64,000 nucleotides of DNA from Felis catus (GCF_018350175.1 NC_058368.1:65102001-65166000); one strand, 5' to 3'. Positions 11,671 to 24,365 are shown, numbered from the stretch's first letter. The notes: generated by a model not told the origin, from the sequence alone. A program made the numbers and translations.

Positions 11671-13679
11671 AAATTATCTCTGAATTGTGGAATTTGATGT
11701 GCTTATTTTCTTACTCCCATTTTCCCTATTGTTTCACTTAGAAAAGTATTTATTTTATGAGTATGTATAATTCATATAATCAGAAAGCCATTATAACATT
11801 TTCCACTTTGATAAAGTTAGTATGTAATTAACCTTATGATCATAAATAATGTATAAGAAGGTACACTCTCCTAAACTTCTATTATTTGATACTGTTTATT
11901 AGATATTAATACACCTTTTGCATTTCAGATGCTACATACAATATATATCAAATACATGTCTGTTTCTGTTTTTTTTTTCCTGAAAAGCTAATGACATATC
12001 TAATTAATGCTAATATTAATGGCTACATAGTGAGGAAATACATTTGAACCGATTATTTGATTAACATAGATGCCCTAAAAGGTTGAGTTGATTTTAACTT
12101 TTTATATTTTTTAGTTAATTCATCCAAATTCGGTTTAAACTTTCAACCTTTGATCCACTTAACAATATGGATAGTAAACCGAATCCCTTTATTTCTGTGA
12201 TGAACTGTAGAAATGCTCATTTTTTTCATGTTTTTTAAGAAAAAAAGAAATAGTAGAAAATCAGATTTACCTATGATTCATAGGAGTATACAGTGCTACA
12301 ATACCATGTTTCTAATTTTGCATAGCCTAAGTGGATTCCAGGAATAGGAAGGGAAAAAACTCACATGTCAGCAATTCAAGTCCTTGCAAATTTTTTGCAT
12401 TGTGAGTACAAGAAACCCCAGTCAGAAAAATTTCCTTGTTTTTTCTTGACTTCCTTTATTTTCACACTGACTTAAGTAGGTAGTAAATATTTCTGACAAG
12501 TACTTGGTTGGCAAATACTTTGTAGATGTTTCCATTATATTTTCCTCCAAGGAGTAGATGGGCTCTTTCAGGTTACCAGGGTCTGTTGCACTGACAACAT
12601 AATTAAGGAAAAGTCACTGAATTGGGCAAAGGTCAAAAGAGGCCAAAAAGCCAACAGTCTCCACCTGCAATTCAGCATTCTTTCCTGAGACTTTCCCAGT
12701 TCTAATTGTGATATAATTCAGGTTGGCACCTGGGGAAGTCGTTGTACCACTGCTAGTACTTTCCTAGTCACAGACATTACCTTTCCTCAGAGATGTTGGT
12801 CACCTCATAACAGCTTCTTGCATGCACTTTGATTTTAACGATAATGATCAAAGCTGTTCTTAGACAATGTTGAAGACATCTTCATTACTGTGGTTAGCTC
12901 TAAATATGAACACACACAATGCACATATGTGTTTTATTAGGTGTGTCCTTTGGTCAAGCCTCAGCACAGACACATTTTCAACTTTTGCACAATGAGACGT
13001 TAAGCTTTATTAATTGCCAAGGGACGTACTGGGAAGATGGCTTACTCTGCCAAATTCTTACCCCTCTCAACTAAAAATTTAAAGGCCAGTGCAACATCTG
13101 TGACAGATTTACCTTTAACTCTTTGATGTAACATGTAAATTTACCAACACTCTAACATCAGTAGGTGAACATAAATATACCACAAAATAAAACCTTTAAG
13201 AAATGATGGCCTCCAAACTCTCAGACCCTCTTCAGATATATTTTTAAAACTCATCAGATATATTAATTCAGAAAGATACTTGATTTTTCCAATTCTATAG
13301 TGAACTGGGCCAGGGCTGGGGGGTGGGGGGAAGAGAAAGAAAGGGAAGAAAAATGGGGGAAAAATGAAAGAGGAAGAAAAGAAGAAAAAAAGGAGGAAAA
13401 GAAAAAGCTTTCAGCACATAAAGAGTATCTGACTGATATTAGTTTAATCACAGGGACAAAAGAAGGCATTAATAATACATCAGGTGTGGTAATGCATTCC
13501 TAGCCCAATGAAAAGGACATGGAAATAAAAAATTTTTTATGGTGTGGAAATGGAAAATTTTAGCTATAAGAAATTAGGTTCTTTTTTAGGACAAATAGCA
13601 CTAAGGTTTACCTTTGATCATTCAGATGACAAGACTGCTTTTACTATAATTTTCTCAATAGGCATTAAGCTAGAATAGT

Positions 13680-14040
13680 ACACAGGCAGTGTGCTATTTC
13701 ATTTATTGCTCCATCACTAAGCACAGGGCCTAGCATATTCATTCATTGACTAAACAAATACTTATCGAGCTACAATACCCAAGATGCTATGCTGGCTCAT
13801 GGACATTTAACATTGGAAACTCCTCCATAGAACTTCTATTCTAGCAGGAGAGATAAACACTGAACAAGAGACTGGCCCATATAAGATGTTCAGTGATGGA
13901 TGCATAGATGGAAGATATACCAAAATGGATGACCTGAAAAGTTGCATAAGGCTCCGCAACGTTAATGCCTAGTATGGTAGTGTCTGGGCTAGAGTAGATG
14001 CTGAAGAAATACTTGTTCAGTGTATAAATGATTAGTTAAA
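13680..14040. mobile_element. L2 3'-end fragments in both orientations
   Basis: 'agcacagggcctagcata', 'attcattcattgactaaacaaatacttatcgagc', 'gtagatgctgaagaaatacttgtt'. Confidence 0.55.
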
Positions 14041-14824
14041 TAATCACATGAAATTTCTAACTGCTTTCAAATTCCTCTTTTATTGGCCTGCCCTGAATGT
14101 TACAAACAAGTCTTCTATTAGGCTAATTTACCACTTAAAAATCCCCCTTCAAGATCACTCATTCCTAAAGAATGTGCCAGAGAGAACTCATTCTCCACTG
14201 CTAACTTATTAAAGCTATTAATGGGTAATCATAGTTAGTCTCATAAAAATAAGAATCTCAGTACTAAAAAAGCGAACAGATGAGTGTTGAAAGACTGAGT
14301 ATGGCAGTGTTATAATAATGGAGAAAAGGCCTTAATTCTAAAATTCACTTCTTGAATGGCCAACACTGCTTAAGGAATTAAGATTTTAAACCATCATCAA
14401 ATAATAATGGAAAAAACCATTGGTTCATTTGAATGTCACTCTAAATGAAGTCAGTAGATAAAAGGTATAGAGAGCCCATGCACAAAACTATTTAAACTAC
14501 ATACTTATATTGTGTTATCTTTCCATCACTCTTATGTTCCAAGCAACACAGCTGTATTAAAGTTACAATCTATGAGATCTAAGAAATGTACACAAGAAAT
14601 TTACATAAGGTCTACATATGTATAGGCAATATCTCAAGTTACAACCATACTTAATTGCCTAGTCACTTTATAGAAACGTGGATTGTCTTTAAGTCAATAT
14701 TAATTTTTGTTGAGAAAACCAACTCAACTACCTCCTACCTGCATTGATTTTATTCTCTATAGACAAAATTCATAAAATTAGATTCTCACTATTCTTTTCA
14801 CTCAAACAGATCATTTTTTTATTT

Positions 14825-14965
14825 AGTGTGAAGAAAGGCCAAAAACCCTTGGGGATTTGGGCTGAAAATTCCGCCCTGGGTCCACAGCTTACCACACACT
14901 GGGTAAGATCATATCAGTTCAGTGCTTCCATGGCTCTGCAGCCACATTAATAAAATCTAGAATGA
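14825..14965 (+). mobile_element. Degraded MIR-like SINE
   Basis: Weak resemblance to the MIR head/core layout. Confidence 0.35.
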
Positions 14966-16339
14966 ATAAGTCAGTGTCATTCTATTCTCCACTTCCAGCA
15001 TTACTGAGAATACCCAAAAGGCAAAAGTTACACTGACCAGTATCACTGTGGCAAATGTGTTTGATGAGAGTGTTAGAAGGGAAAAGAAATGATTGGGTTT
15101 AAGGTTATAAAAGTGCATGTCTGAGTCATGTTCAAAAATATTTGTGAAATAAGTCAGATTGCTTTTTAATTGGAAATTTTAAAAGTAATAGATAAAACGG
15201 ATTTAACTGTAAAGACACTGGAACTATGACAACAAAATTAATGGTAGACTTAGTTGACCTCAATTTAGAAATTAAATAATAAAAAACAACACAGTCATCT
15301 TTATTTGGCAATGTGTTGAAAAGTTGATTTTTATTACTATTTTCTTTTTACTTTGAACTTTTCAGCCAATTGCTCTTGTTCCATATGAGGCACAGCTTTT
15401 AATTCTAGAAACTAAATAGCTTGTTCAAAGTGATGGTTAGTTTTTTTTTTAAAGAAACCCAATTAATTAAGTCATTGTTTTTTCCTACCCAACGGGTGAA
15501 CTAATTAAGACATAAGACAAAAGTTAGACAGAATGAATAGTTTTAAAATCATCTATATAACTGACAAAACTAACACCAATTAACATGGCTTTGAAAGGGA
15601 ATTCTAACGGTTTTTTCAAGACCGCCCAGAGTTGGCCAATTCACCCACTCACTCTGAGGCAGAACTAGGCAAAACTCCCCACGTGGAGTCTTCCTCTGTC
15701 AAACTGATATTAAGGCAGAAGTCAGAAGGCCTGCTTTTCATAGGCAGGTTGACCCCAAAAAGAAGGTAAGGAAAGGCTAAGAAGTGACCCCCAGTTCTTC
15801 TGCCAAATTCAACAGCAAGGGAACTCACACCACCTCCCTGGAGATAAGTAAATGTTAAGATTCATGGTTGAGGGTGTTTAGATAAAAGCTATCCTCCTAC
15901 ATTGAAATCATCATGGAAGTCTCCTTCCCACACGAAAGTCATGTAAGGAAACTAAAATTTGTAAAAGAACTAAAAAGCTCTAGAGTTCCACATTTACACA
16001 GGATGAAAGCATCAAATGTATAGAGAGATTTTACCTTTTTCCTAAAGAAAATCAATTACAGGAGCTCAGAAACCAAATAGATTTTATTACATAACTTTAA
16101 TTAAAATATTATAGGCACAATTATGGATTAGTCCACGTTTTTAAATCATGTGTTTGTTAATATCTGATATAATAACCATATTTTCAGACCTAATGGCCTG
16201 ATGTTGAAATATCTTGATATGTACCCTTATTTCTTTTGTCCTAATCCTATCTCTATAATTGCATCTATGAAATGGAAAAGTGGCTTACTATAAAGTTAAA
16301 AGTGGTTTACTGTAAAGTTGATTTATGGATGATATTATT

Positions 16340-17070
16340 ATTTGGGGACTTCTAGATTGATTTACAATTTTTATCCTACTCTATTAACCCCTTTCCCCTC
16401 ACCACACATACTTCACCTGGCTTCTTTCCTGTTCCAAACAACCAGCCAGCTCAGGGGAAGTAAGGTATGTGAAAGGGCTGAAAAGATGAGCAGTCTACAA
16501 GTCTTCCTCATCTTTGTTTTCAAAACCTTAGGCCCTTAGAAAATTTAGAAAAAGGTTTATGAGAAAAGTTAAAAAAAAAGGGGGGGGGGGGAGATTGAAA
16601 GTAGAGGCAGATTGATTAGAAGAGCTAGGGAGGAAACTTCTCTAGCCATGTTTCTGACCCCCACACCAATTATGTATTTCACTCAGTGATGGGAAGGGAA
16701 GAAGGAGAGAGGTCTACTGTGGTGAATCCCTTGGTTTGGTGCAGATAAGAACCCAGAGAGGGATGTCTCTCTGGGTCACAGACACAAAGCCATAGACAGC
16801 CATACACCTGAAGGGCCCATTTAGTCAGAAATATTGATTGTCTCAGGATAACTTAAGGAGACATATGACTTGATGATCCTCCTCTGGAAAAATCTAATAC
16901 TATGAAGTCCCAGACCCTGAGAAAGAAGCACAAGATTTGCTGAGATTAAATTTCCTGTCCTCTGGATAGAATCATGGGCTTCATGTAGGAGTCAACTGAT
17001 TTATGGAAAATAAAGACATGTATTGTTTCTTGCTTGCCTGAATTTGTAGAGTGATATTCGTGGCCATACA
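16340..17070 (+). mobile_element. Ancient solo LTR, MamGypLTR-like
   Basis: 3' part 'attaaatttcctgtcc...aataaagacatgtattgtttcttgcttgcctgaatttgtagagtgatattcgtggccataca' resembles the recalled MamGypLTR end (AATAAA, ends ...CA). Confidence 0.55.
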
Positions 17071-17444
17071 AAACTCCAAGTGCTCATTTTCATTATTATA
17101 CCAGACAACACTCAATTTGTAGAAATTTAGTTGAGAATTTATGTGGACAATCAACAGAAAGGGTTTATTTATGTAACAACATAATAGAGAGAGCAGCGTA
17201 TGAAGAATCAGAAAAGTTGTGATTGAGTCACATCAGCACTGTTGGCTATATCACTTTGGGTAAATCATAAATAAACCCAGGTACCACTGTATTTTGACAG
17301 CCTGGCATGTAGTTTATCCCATGCAGACATAAAGAGATAAAATATCAAACACACCAATTAGAACATATAGACAAACATCTTGAAGATCAATCAGTGATCA
17401 CAGCTTGAGAATAGCTGATGTTCAGAATAAGTTTCTTTTTGCTG

Positions 17445-17540
17445 TATTCTCTCTGTGCTTCAGTTTCCACATCTGTCATATGAGATAATAACATTTATGG
17501 CAGCAGAGATGAGGTAAGAAACAGCAATTTGTGCAAGATG
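17445..17540 (+). mobile_element. MIR core
   Basis: 'ctctctgtgcttcagtttccacatctgtcatatgagataataac' matches the MIR core. Confidence 0.75.
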
Positions 17541-17544
17541 TTAT

Positions 17545-17880
17545 GGGAACTGAGAGGAGAAGAAGCACTTGGCTCTACTGTGATGGTTAGGGAAGCCCTC
17601 AAAAAACAGTGAGTCTTATAAGTGGATAAAAGGAAGGGTAGGCAGAAGAGACAGGACATTTTAGGCAAGAGAGAATACGGCATACTAAAAGAAAATCTTA
17701 ATGATTCGGAGGAGCTAGAGATCAGGGTATGTGTGGTGGAATGCTGGGAGTCTGGAATGATGCTTGGGGATAAATATAATGGCCCTTCTATGACATATTC
17801 AAGAATTTACAATTGATCAAGAATTTATCATAGTAGAATTCTGAGGGATTTTTTCAAGCAGAATTTGTAATATTGATACA
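17545..17880 (-). mobile_element. L2 remnant
   Basis: 'gttagggaagccctc', 'acattttaggcaagagagaatac' resemble antisense L2. Confidence 0.55.
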
Positions 17881-19189
17881 CAGAAGTTTTCTAAGAAACT
17901 GAGCAAATAAGGTATCAAAGCTCTTTATGATCCTTCAAAACCTTGTGCTCCTACTCCAGTTCAACTACAGAGTCCAGGATGGCCAACCTTACAAATTAGT
18001 TCTTGCCCTGATAGAAACCTAAATATACAACTATGAGACAGTTCATTAGTCAATGTATGGATCTGTCTTGTTAAATTTATAAGCTACACAACTTGCCTTC
18101 ATTTCTTAAACGCTGTTTTCAATTTTCAGTCGATCTATAATTGATAATCCAATGCGTCAAGCTCATTTTCAGCTTCAGTGCCTGCCTGGTCCTCCAAGAC
18201 CCATCTGTTCTGACTCGTTGCCTGATTCTGATATTTTACTCTCTTCCTGGTGGTTCATCTGATTCCAGCAACCTGCTTCTGATTTGATTATTTTCTAAGC
18301 ATAAATACCTCTTGAATTTATCACCTACCTAAATCTACATTCCACATTTTTCTTCAAGCATCTTTTTCAAAGACCATTTCTTGAATTTCAGACCTTTTAA
18401 TGTCCCCAGACCCTTGTGGAAGGAGTGTGTCTTATCAAACTGTCTCCTCCCACTAAACAAGACCCCAATTTTTCTATTCCTTTGGTCACATAGGTCAAAG
18501 GAAGAAAATGTCAAAACTCAGGTCAAATAGCAATAGCAAATCCTGCTTTGGTTTATGTTAAAGACAGAAAGACATAAGAGTGCCTTGATCAAAAGTAGTG
18601 CCAAAATGTATTCTTTTCCTGACAGTTATAAGAGATCGTGCAACCCGAAATAGGCCAGCCATAATGTGTCCCAGGTCATCCTGTATCTCCTTCCACATTT
18701 TTATTTGACAGGGAAGAATATGCAGCATATCTCCTCTCTGGACGATGACAGAATTTGTGTTACTATTAGCCAGTACCAATAAGTCTGCTGCCAAAAAAAG
18801 CATGGTGGGATGGGAGCTGCCTGTAGTAGCCTGGGTGTGTGACTGCCTTTGAACCTTGTCATCACTTATTAATCATCATGTTCTGCTTGAAACACATTGG
18901 ACTTCTACCAAGTCTCAGCAACCAGTATGAAGTGAGGCGAAACACACCATTTTTTTGCTCACTTACTTTTGTCTCATAGTATCAAAATCAATTCAAAAGA
19001 ATCTTGCCCTTTTTTTTCTACAGGATGGAGCTCAATTCCGATTTTAGATTTCCACTTAAAAATATGATATTCCTTCTTAAAAGAACATTCTACTTCTATT
19101 ATTAAAAGATGACATGTTTGCTTATAAAATCTGGAGAGCAATATTTTAGCAGAGCAGTGTTTTGATTTAAAAAGTAACCAAACAGCAAG

Positions 19190-19465
19190 GGAAATGTGTA
19201 TCACAATGAAAAATTCACAGATACTTTGATCTGGCAATCCTATTTCTAGAAATATATGCTACCGTTAGAAATATACAAAATCACTTTTATAACAATATTC
19301 TTGTAGCACTGTTCACAACAACAACAACAACAAAATCCTCTAAATCTTCATTGACAAGAGTTTGGTGAACATAGATTGTGTTCATAACTGGAATAACATG
19401 TAACTAACAGAATGGGACAACATTCTGTGTACTATTAGGAGACAATGTCAAGGTATTTGTTAAGG
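19190..19465 (+). mobile_element. Ancient L1M ORF2 3' fragment
   Basis: 'ctttgatctggcaatcctatttctagaaatat', 'ttgtagcactgttcacaac'. Confidence 0.65.
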
Positions 19466-19467
19466 AA

Positions 19468-19885
19468 ATCAATCCTCATTATTCACAGATTCTGCATTTG
19501 CAGATTCACCTACTCGGTAAAATCTCTTTGCAACTCCAAAATCAATGTTCACAGGACTTTTGCATTCATTTGTGCATATGCATAGGGCAGCAAAATATTT
19601 GAGTCACCCCCTACACATGTTCCTACCCGAGGCTGAACAAGGTGACTCTGTGCCTTCTTGTTTCATTGTTCATATGTAAACAAGTGTTCCTTTGGGGTCC
19701 GTTGAGTGCCACATTTGTTTACATGTTTTTGTGCTTTTTGTTGGTGATTTTGCTCTATAAATTGGCTCCCAAGCATAGTGTTCAAGTACTATGGTATTTA
19801 TGGATTACATAATATATAATATAATATTTGGCTAATATTACCAAACTCAGGAAGACTTTGATATGCCTTACAGGGAAAATATATG
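19468..19885 (+). mobile_element. MER82-like Tigger DNA transposon, left part
   Basis: 'atcctcattattcacagattctgcatttgcagattcacctactcg', 'gaggctgaacaaggtgactctgtgccttcttgtttc'. Confidence 0.8.
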
Positions 19886-20130
19886 CCTCGTGGTTACAGG
19901 GGCAATCTCTGTGGAAGGCAAGTGATTGGAGGATAGATTTTTGAACATTTGGGGAGTTTACATCAATCACACGTCTTACTGAATCAAAAAATAAATAATT
20001 TTATGAAAAGACAATAGATTTTATTCTTCCTGCTTACAGCGTTCAGAAGAGTGGCCTCTGACTTATTATCAGTACAAAAAGCAGATTATTTGGAGAGGAC
20101 TTAGATCTCCATCATCCACCTTCGTATCCG

Positions 20131-20149
20131 CTATACCCAGAGGGCGCAG
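20131..20149 (+). promoter_or_regulatory. Candidate CTCF-binding motif
   Basis: ctatacCCAGAGGGCGCag matches the 3' core of CCASYAGRKGGCRS; several CpGs retained nearby. Confidence 0.4.
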
Positions 20150-21465
20150 CTCCTGCCTGCCATAGCCTGTCATAGTTGGTGCCGACTATACTCAGTGCTG
20201 CAAATGGTTACCAGCTTGCATACTTTGTATCTCTCACCAAGAGAAAAACAAATGTACACCCTTCCAAAATTGCATTTGGGAAGTAGAAAGGGCAGAAAAG
20301 AAGACTGGAGTTTGCATTTTTAGCAAGAACACGTGCTTTATTATTGAAGTGACACAAAAGAATATTCTGTGGGTAGTATTAATATGAGCACTACCACTAA
20401 AAATCATTTCAGGTATCTAGGGAATAAGCTATATCAACAGTCAGTTCAAGAGAAAGAAATTATACATGCTCAGTGATACCACGCTTGTTTTCTCAGCTAT
20501 ATCGCTTTTTGATGTAATTAGGAACCAGAGAAAAGAAGAGGCGATCCAGAGAGGAAAATAAATATTTGGTAGGACTTTGGATTCTCCCAATCTGTTTTCA
20601 GAAATACAAATCAGGGATAAAGAGACACGCCAACAGCATATATAAATATGGAGTAGGATCTATGCTAAAATTTCTCTTTTCCTAGCATGTTTAGGATAGA
20701 ACTGAAATCAGATATTTGAGTGTAGAGAGAGCAAGTTGTAGATAGTTGTAGATAATTAGAGCCATGAGGGCAGAGGCAATGGGCAGCAGACACACAGAAC
20801 CTTGGGAACACTGACTACCAAGGTCCTCAGACCAATTAGCAAGACTTTTATTGTACCATCATGGATGTACAGATATATATAACATGATGAAAACCAAAGA
20901 TTACTCCTTTCCAAGTTCAATGCATCATGTGACCTTCCCCTGCCTGAAGGGGCTAATGTCAAAAACATTTCTGTCAACGAGAAGAACGTGAAGGAGAAAG
21001 AGAAAGCATGAGGAAAAATTTTTCTATTGAGAACTTTAATTTGAATCACATTAAATTCAGCAAGAGCTTTCCCGAAATGAATAGAGATGCAAATCAATTA
21101 AACATAGAGGCACTTTTCAAAAGAGAATGTTCCTGAAGTGCTGGGTACTATGGATAGTGCCTGCTCTGTCTGGGAAATTTCTACTTCATCTTCCCAGTTA
21201 AACACTTTGAACAGAGCATAATGAAACCATGTTTATTTGAGGCTTTTTTTTTTTAAAATAAAACTGCTCTCTCACTACAGAACTTCACCCACTCCCACTA
21301 CCACACATAACACACACACACACTTTTTTTAAATCAGATTTTCTCTTGGATTCCTAGTTGTTTGGCTTCCATTTTGGCTTTGGCACCCTTAGGGTTTGTG
21401 AGTTTTATTTGTTTGGTGATTTTCATTTTGAGGAGCTATCTGGGCTGGTTACTATAGCTGTTTTA

Positions 21466-21647
21466 GGGGTGCCTGGGTGGGTCAGTCGGTTAAGCATTGC
21501 ACTTCAGCTCAGGTCATCATCTTGCAGTTGGTGAGTTTGAGCCCCACACTGGGATCTCTGCTGTCAGCACAGAGCCCACTTCAGATCCTCTGTCCCTCCC
21601 TACTTATTCTCTCTCTCTCAAAAATAAATAAACATTTAAAAAAAAAA
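21466..21647 (+). mobile_element. CanSINE
   Basis: ggggtgcctgggtgg head, (CT)n, aataaa/polyA; short TSD tgttttag. Confidence 0.95.
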
Positions 21648-21694
21648 CATGTTTTAGTGTCTCACAAGACAAAAATCTGCTTCAAGACTTACTA

Positions 21695-22090
21695 GCTATG
21701 TTATTTCCCTATTGTTACTGTAGCAAATTTTACAAACTTGGTTTGAAACAACTCAGATTTTTTACTCCATTTCTGGAGATCAGATGCCAAAATGGGTTCC
21801 ATTTACACTAAAATCAAGATGTTTGGAGCCCGTGGGTGGTTCAGCTGAGTAAGTGTCTGACTCTGGATTTCAGCTCAGGTCATGGTTTCAGGTTAGTGAG
21901 ATTGAGCCCCACGTCAGGCCCTGCACTGACAGCACAGAGCCTGCTTGGGATACTCTCTCCCTCACTCTCTGCCCCTCCCCTGCTCGTGCTCTCTTTCTCC
22001 CTGATTAAATAAACATTTAAATGATAATAATAATAATAAAATCAAAGTGTCAGCAGTGCTGCATTTTTTCTGGGTACTCTAGGGACGAAC
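21695..22090 (-). mobile_element. MLT1D-like MaLR LTR fragment, split by a SINE
   Basis: 'tattgttactgtagcaaattttacaaactt...ctaaaatcaag[SINE]tgtcagcagtgctgcat...ctctaggga'. Confidence 0.75.
21825..22038 (+). mobile_element. CanSINE
   Basis: tRNA-like head, CT tract, (TAA)n tail; degenerate TSD aaaatcaagatgt / aaaatcaaagtgt. Confidence 0.93.
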
Positions 22091-22219
22091 ACTTTAAAGA
22101 AAATATCATTTTAGATTTTTCACATTTTTAATTTGGTTTCACCAAAGAATCTGCTAAGAAAGGAATTCTGGAATCTTAATTTATTTTGACTCCCTCTTCA
22201 TACCAGTCAAAAATTAAAC

Positions 22220-22419
22220 GGATGTCTGTGTGGCTCAGTCAGTTGAGCTTTCAACTCTCGATTTTGACTCAAGTCATGATCTCACCGTTCGTGAGGTTGA
22301 ACCGCGCAGTGGGCTCTGTGCTGACAGCATGGGGCCTGCTTGGGATTCTCTGTCTCCTGCTCTCTGCCCCTCCCCTGCTTTCTCACTCCCTCTCTCAAAA
22401 ATAAATAAATATTTTTTTA
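22220..22419 (+). mobile_element. CanSINE
   Basis: TSD aaaaattaaac at 22209-22219 and 22420-22430. Confidence 0.94.
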
Positions 22420-23254
22420 AAAAATTAAACACCAATGACTGGAATTTTACTCTCTTTTCATAGTATGATGGCTCTCAAATGAATTTTGTTCCTATCAGAG
22501 GTCTCCAGGAGCAGCTCTTGTAATTCTAAATGATTCTTGCAGAAATTGTGCCACTTAGTAATAGTAACATGGAGTAGAATGATAGCATAAATACATGTAA
22601 GGAGTGTAGCCCAGAGAAGGAACAAACTTCAGTTTAGATAGAGACACCTCAAGAGCACTGCCATAATTAATAAGAGTACAGGAAGTACAACTTCATGTGT
22701 GCAGAAACTAGCCAACAGACTAATCATCCCTCTTTGAGGATCTGATGAAACTGCAGCCTCCTGATAGATGGGACTAAACACAGTAGTTCTCAGGGATACA
22801 AAGATAAGGCTGAGAAAAATCTTTGGTGTCTGGGTAAGGTAACCCAAAGGAAATAGTAGACAGGGATGCCCAATAAGACTTTCTTGACTTGTTTTCATAG
22901 ATGGACTTATCAACTCTATACTCATCCTTTCCCTACACATTCACTCTAATAAATTTAAAACATACAGAGAGAAGAACAGATAAGGACAAGCAAAACAGTT
23001 CTTCTATTAGCCACAAGGCAAGTTTCCATGAAGAATGATAGTTCATCAATCAAATTCGTTATCAAAAGTCTCCTAAAAGGGAAATCATTTTCTAGGGAGA
23101 AATATAAACGTAATATTTGTGGCTCAGTGAAAAATCACTGGAGCTCAAATCCAATTCCAGAATTGCCTCCCCATTCTAATAATGGGACATTTTAAGGGTC
23201 TTATGCTGCCTCATTGAACACCATCTCAGTTGGACTCTTATGAACTTCATGAGA

Positions 23255-23878
23255 TGAGAAGTTACTAAAATATAAGTAATCAATAAAGCAAAATCTAAGG
23301 TTATTTAAACTCAGTTTAGTAAGGGAGAAAGAACACTACCTTGACACAGTTCTAGTGTATCAGTAGGGGGAGATTAGAAGTAAGATATTTATAGGGTTTG
23401 AATTATGGCTTAAATTGGTTTAAAGCAGGCTTTCAAAGGGAACTGATTGAGAGCAGACAAAGTTTAGGACATAATAGTTCAGGATTGGTGGACCTAGTAA
23501 GGAAAGGTTCTGGAAGTAAGTGTTGAGAAGTAAACCTTTTTTTTTTTTTTTTTTTTTTTTTTTGAGGCAGGGGGAGGGCCAGAGAGAGAGAGGAAGAAAA
23601 AGAATCTTGAGCTGAGGAGCCCAACTCGGGGCTCAATCTCAAAATTGTGAGATCATGACCTGAGCCAAAATCAAGTCTTGGACGCTTAACCAACTGAGCC
23701 ACCCAGGCACCTCAAGAAGTAAACTCTTGATAAGCAACCTGTTTGAACAGATGAGTAGAATACTGTTGTCTCAGATAAATTGATTTATAAGAATTCCCTG
23801 AAGCAAATAGTGAAGTTATTTACTGATTTGTAGTCTTATCTTTCCTGGGCTGGAAGAAACAGCTAAGTCATACTTACA
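23255..23878 (-). mobile_element. Probable solo ERV LTR (possibly MER110-like), split by a SINE
   Basis: LTR-sized segment with antisense TATA ('tatttata'); continuous across the SINE TSD; family uncertain. Confidence 0.45.
23537..23713 (-). mobile_element. CanSINE lacking the distal CT tract, with long pure poly-A
   Basis: About 27 T joined directly to gaggcagggggagggcc; TSD agaagtaaac at 23526-23535 and 23715-23724. Confidence 0.93.
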
Positions 23879-23899
23879 CAGATGCTCTCAGTCTTAGCC

Positions 23900-24365
23900 C
23901 TAACAGCTATGTCATATTGATGTAGGTGATCGTTGTTCTCAGTCACGTGGCCACCCAGATAAAGACACTTTTTCCTACCCCCCCCCACCCCCACTTGCAG
24001 GTATGTGGGACCATATATCTTGGTTTTGGACAGTGGAATAAGAGTCGAAGTGATAAATACAACTTTAGAGTTTTTTTCTGAAGAAGAAAAAACATACCCC
24101 ACTTCTTTCCTTCCTCCCTTCCCACTGCTTGGAAAGTGATAGAAGGATCCAAAGCAGTTCGATAAAGCACAGGAAGGAAACTTAAGGTTGAAAATAGCAG
24201 AACAGGATAATGGAGACCTAGGTCCCCATCATGCCCTATCACCTCAGTCTTAAACTACTTATGTTCAGACTATTACAAATAAAGGTCTGTCTTCTTTAAG
24301 CCTCTGTTATTTTTAGATGTTTTGTTGTTGTTTTTAGCAATCCAACCAGTGTCCTAACCAAAACT
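23900..24365 (+). mobile_element. MLT1I/J-like MaLR LTR
   Basis: 'ggagacctaggtcccc', 'aaataaaggtctgtcttctttaagcctctgttatttt', end 'cctaaccaaaac'. Confidence 0.65.

Noticed and set aside
18558..18803. 81-aa ATG-initiated minus-strand ORF in apparently unique sequence
   Set aside because: No recognisable protein similarity or exon support
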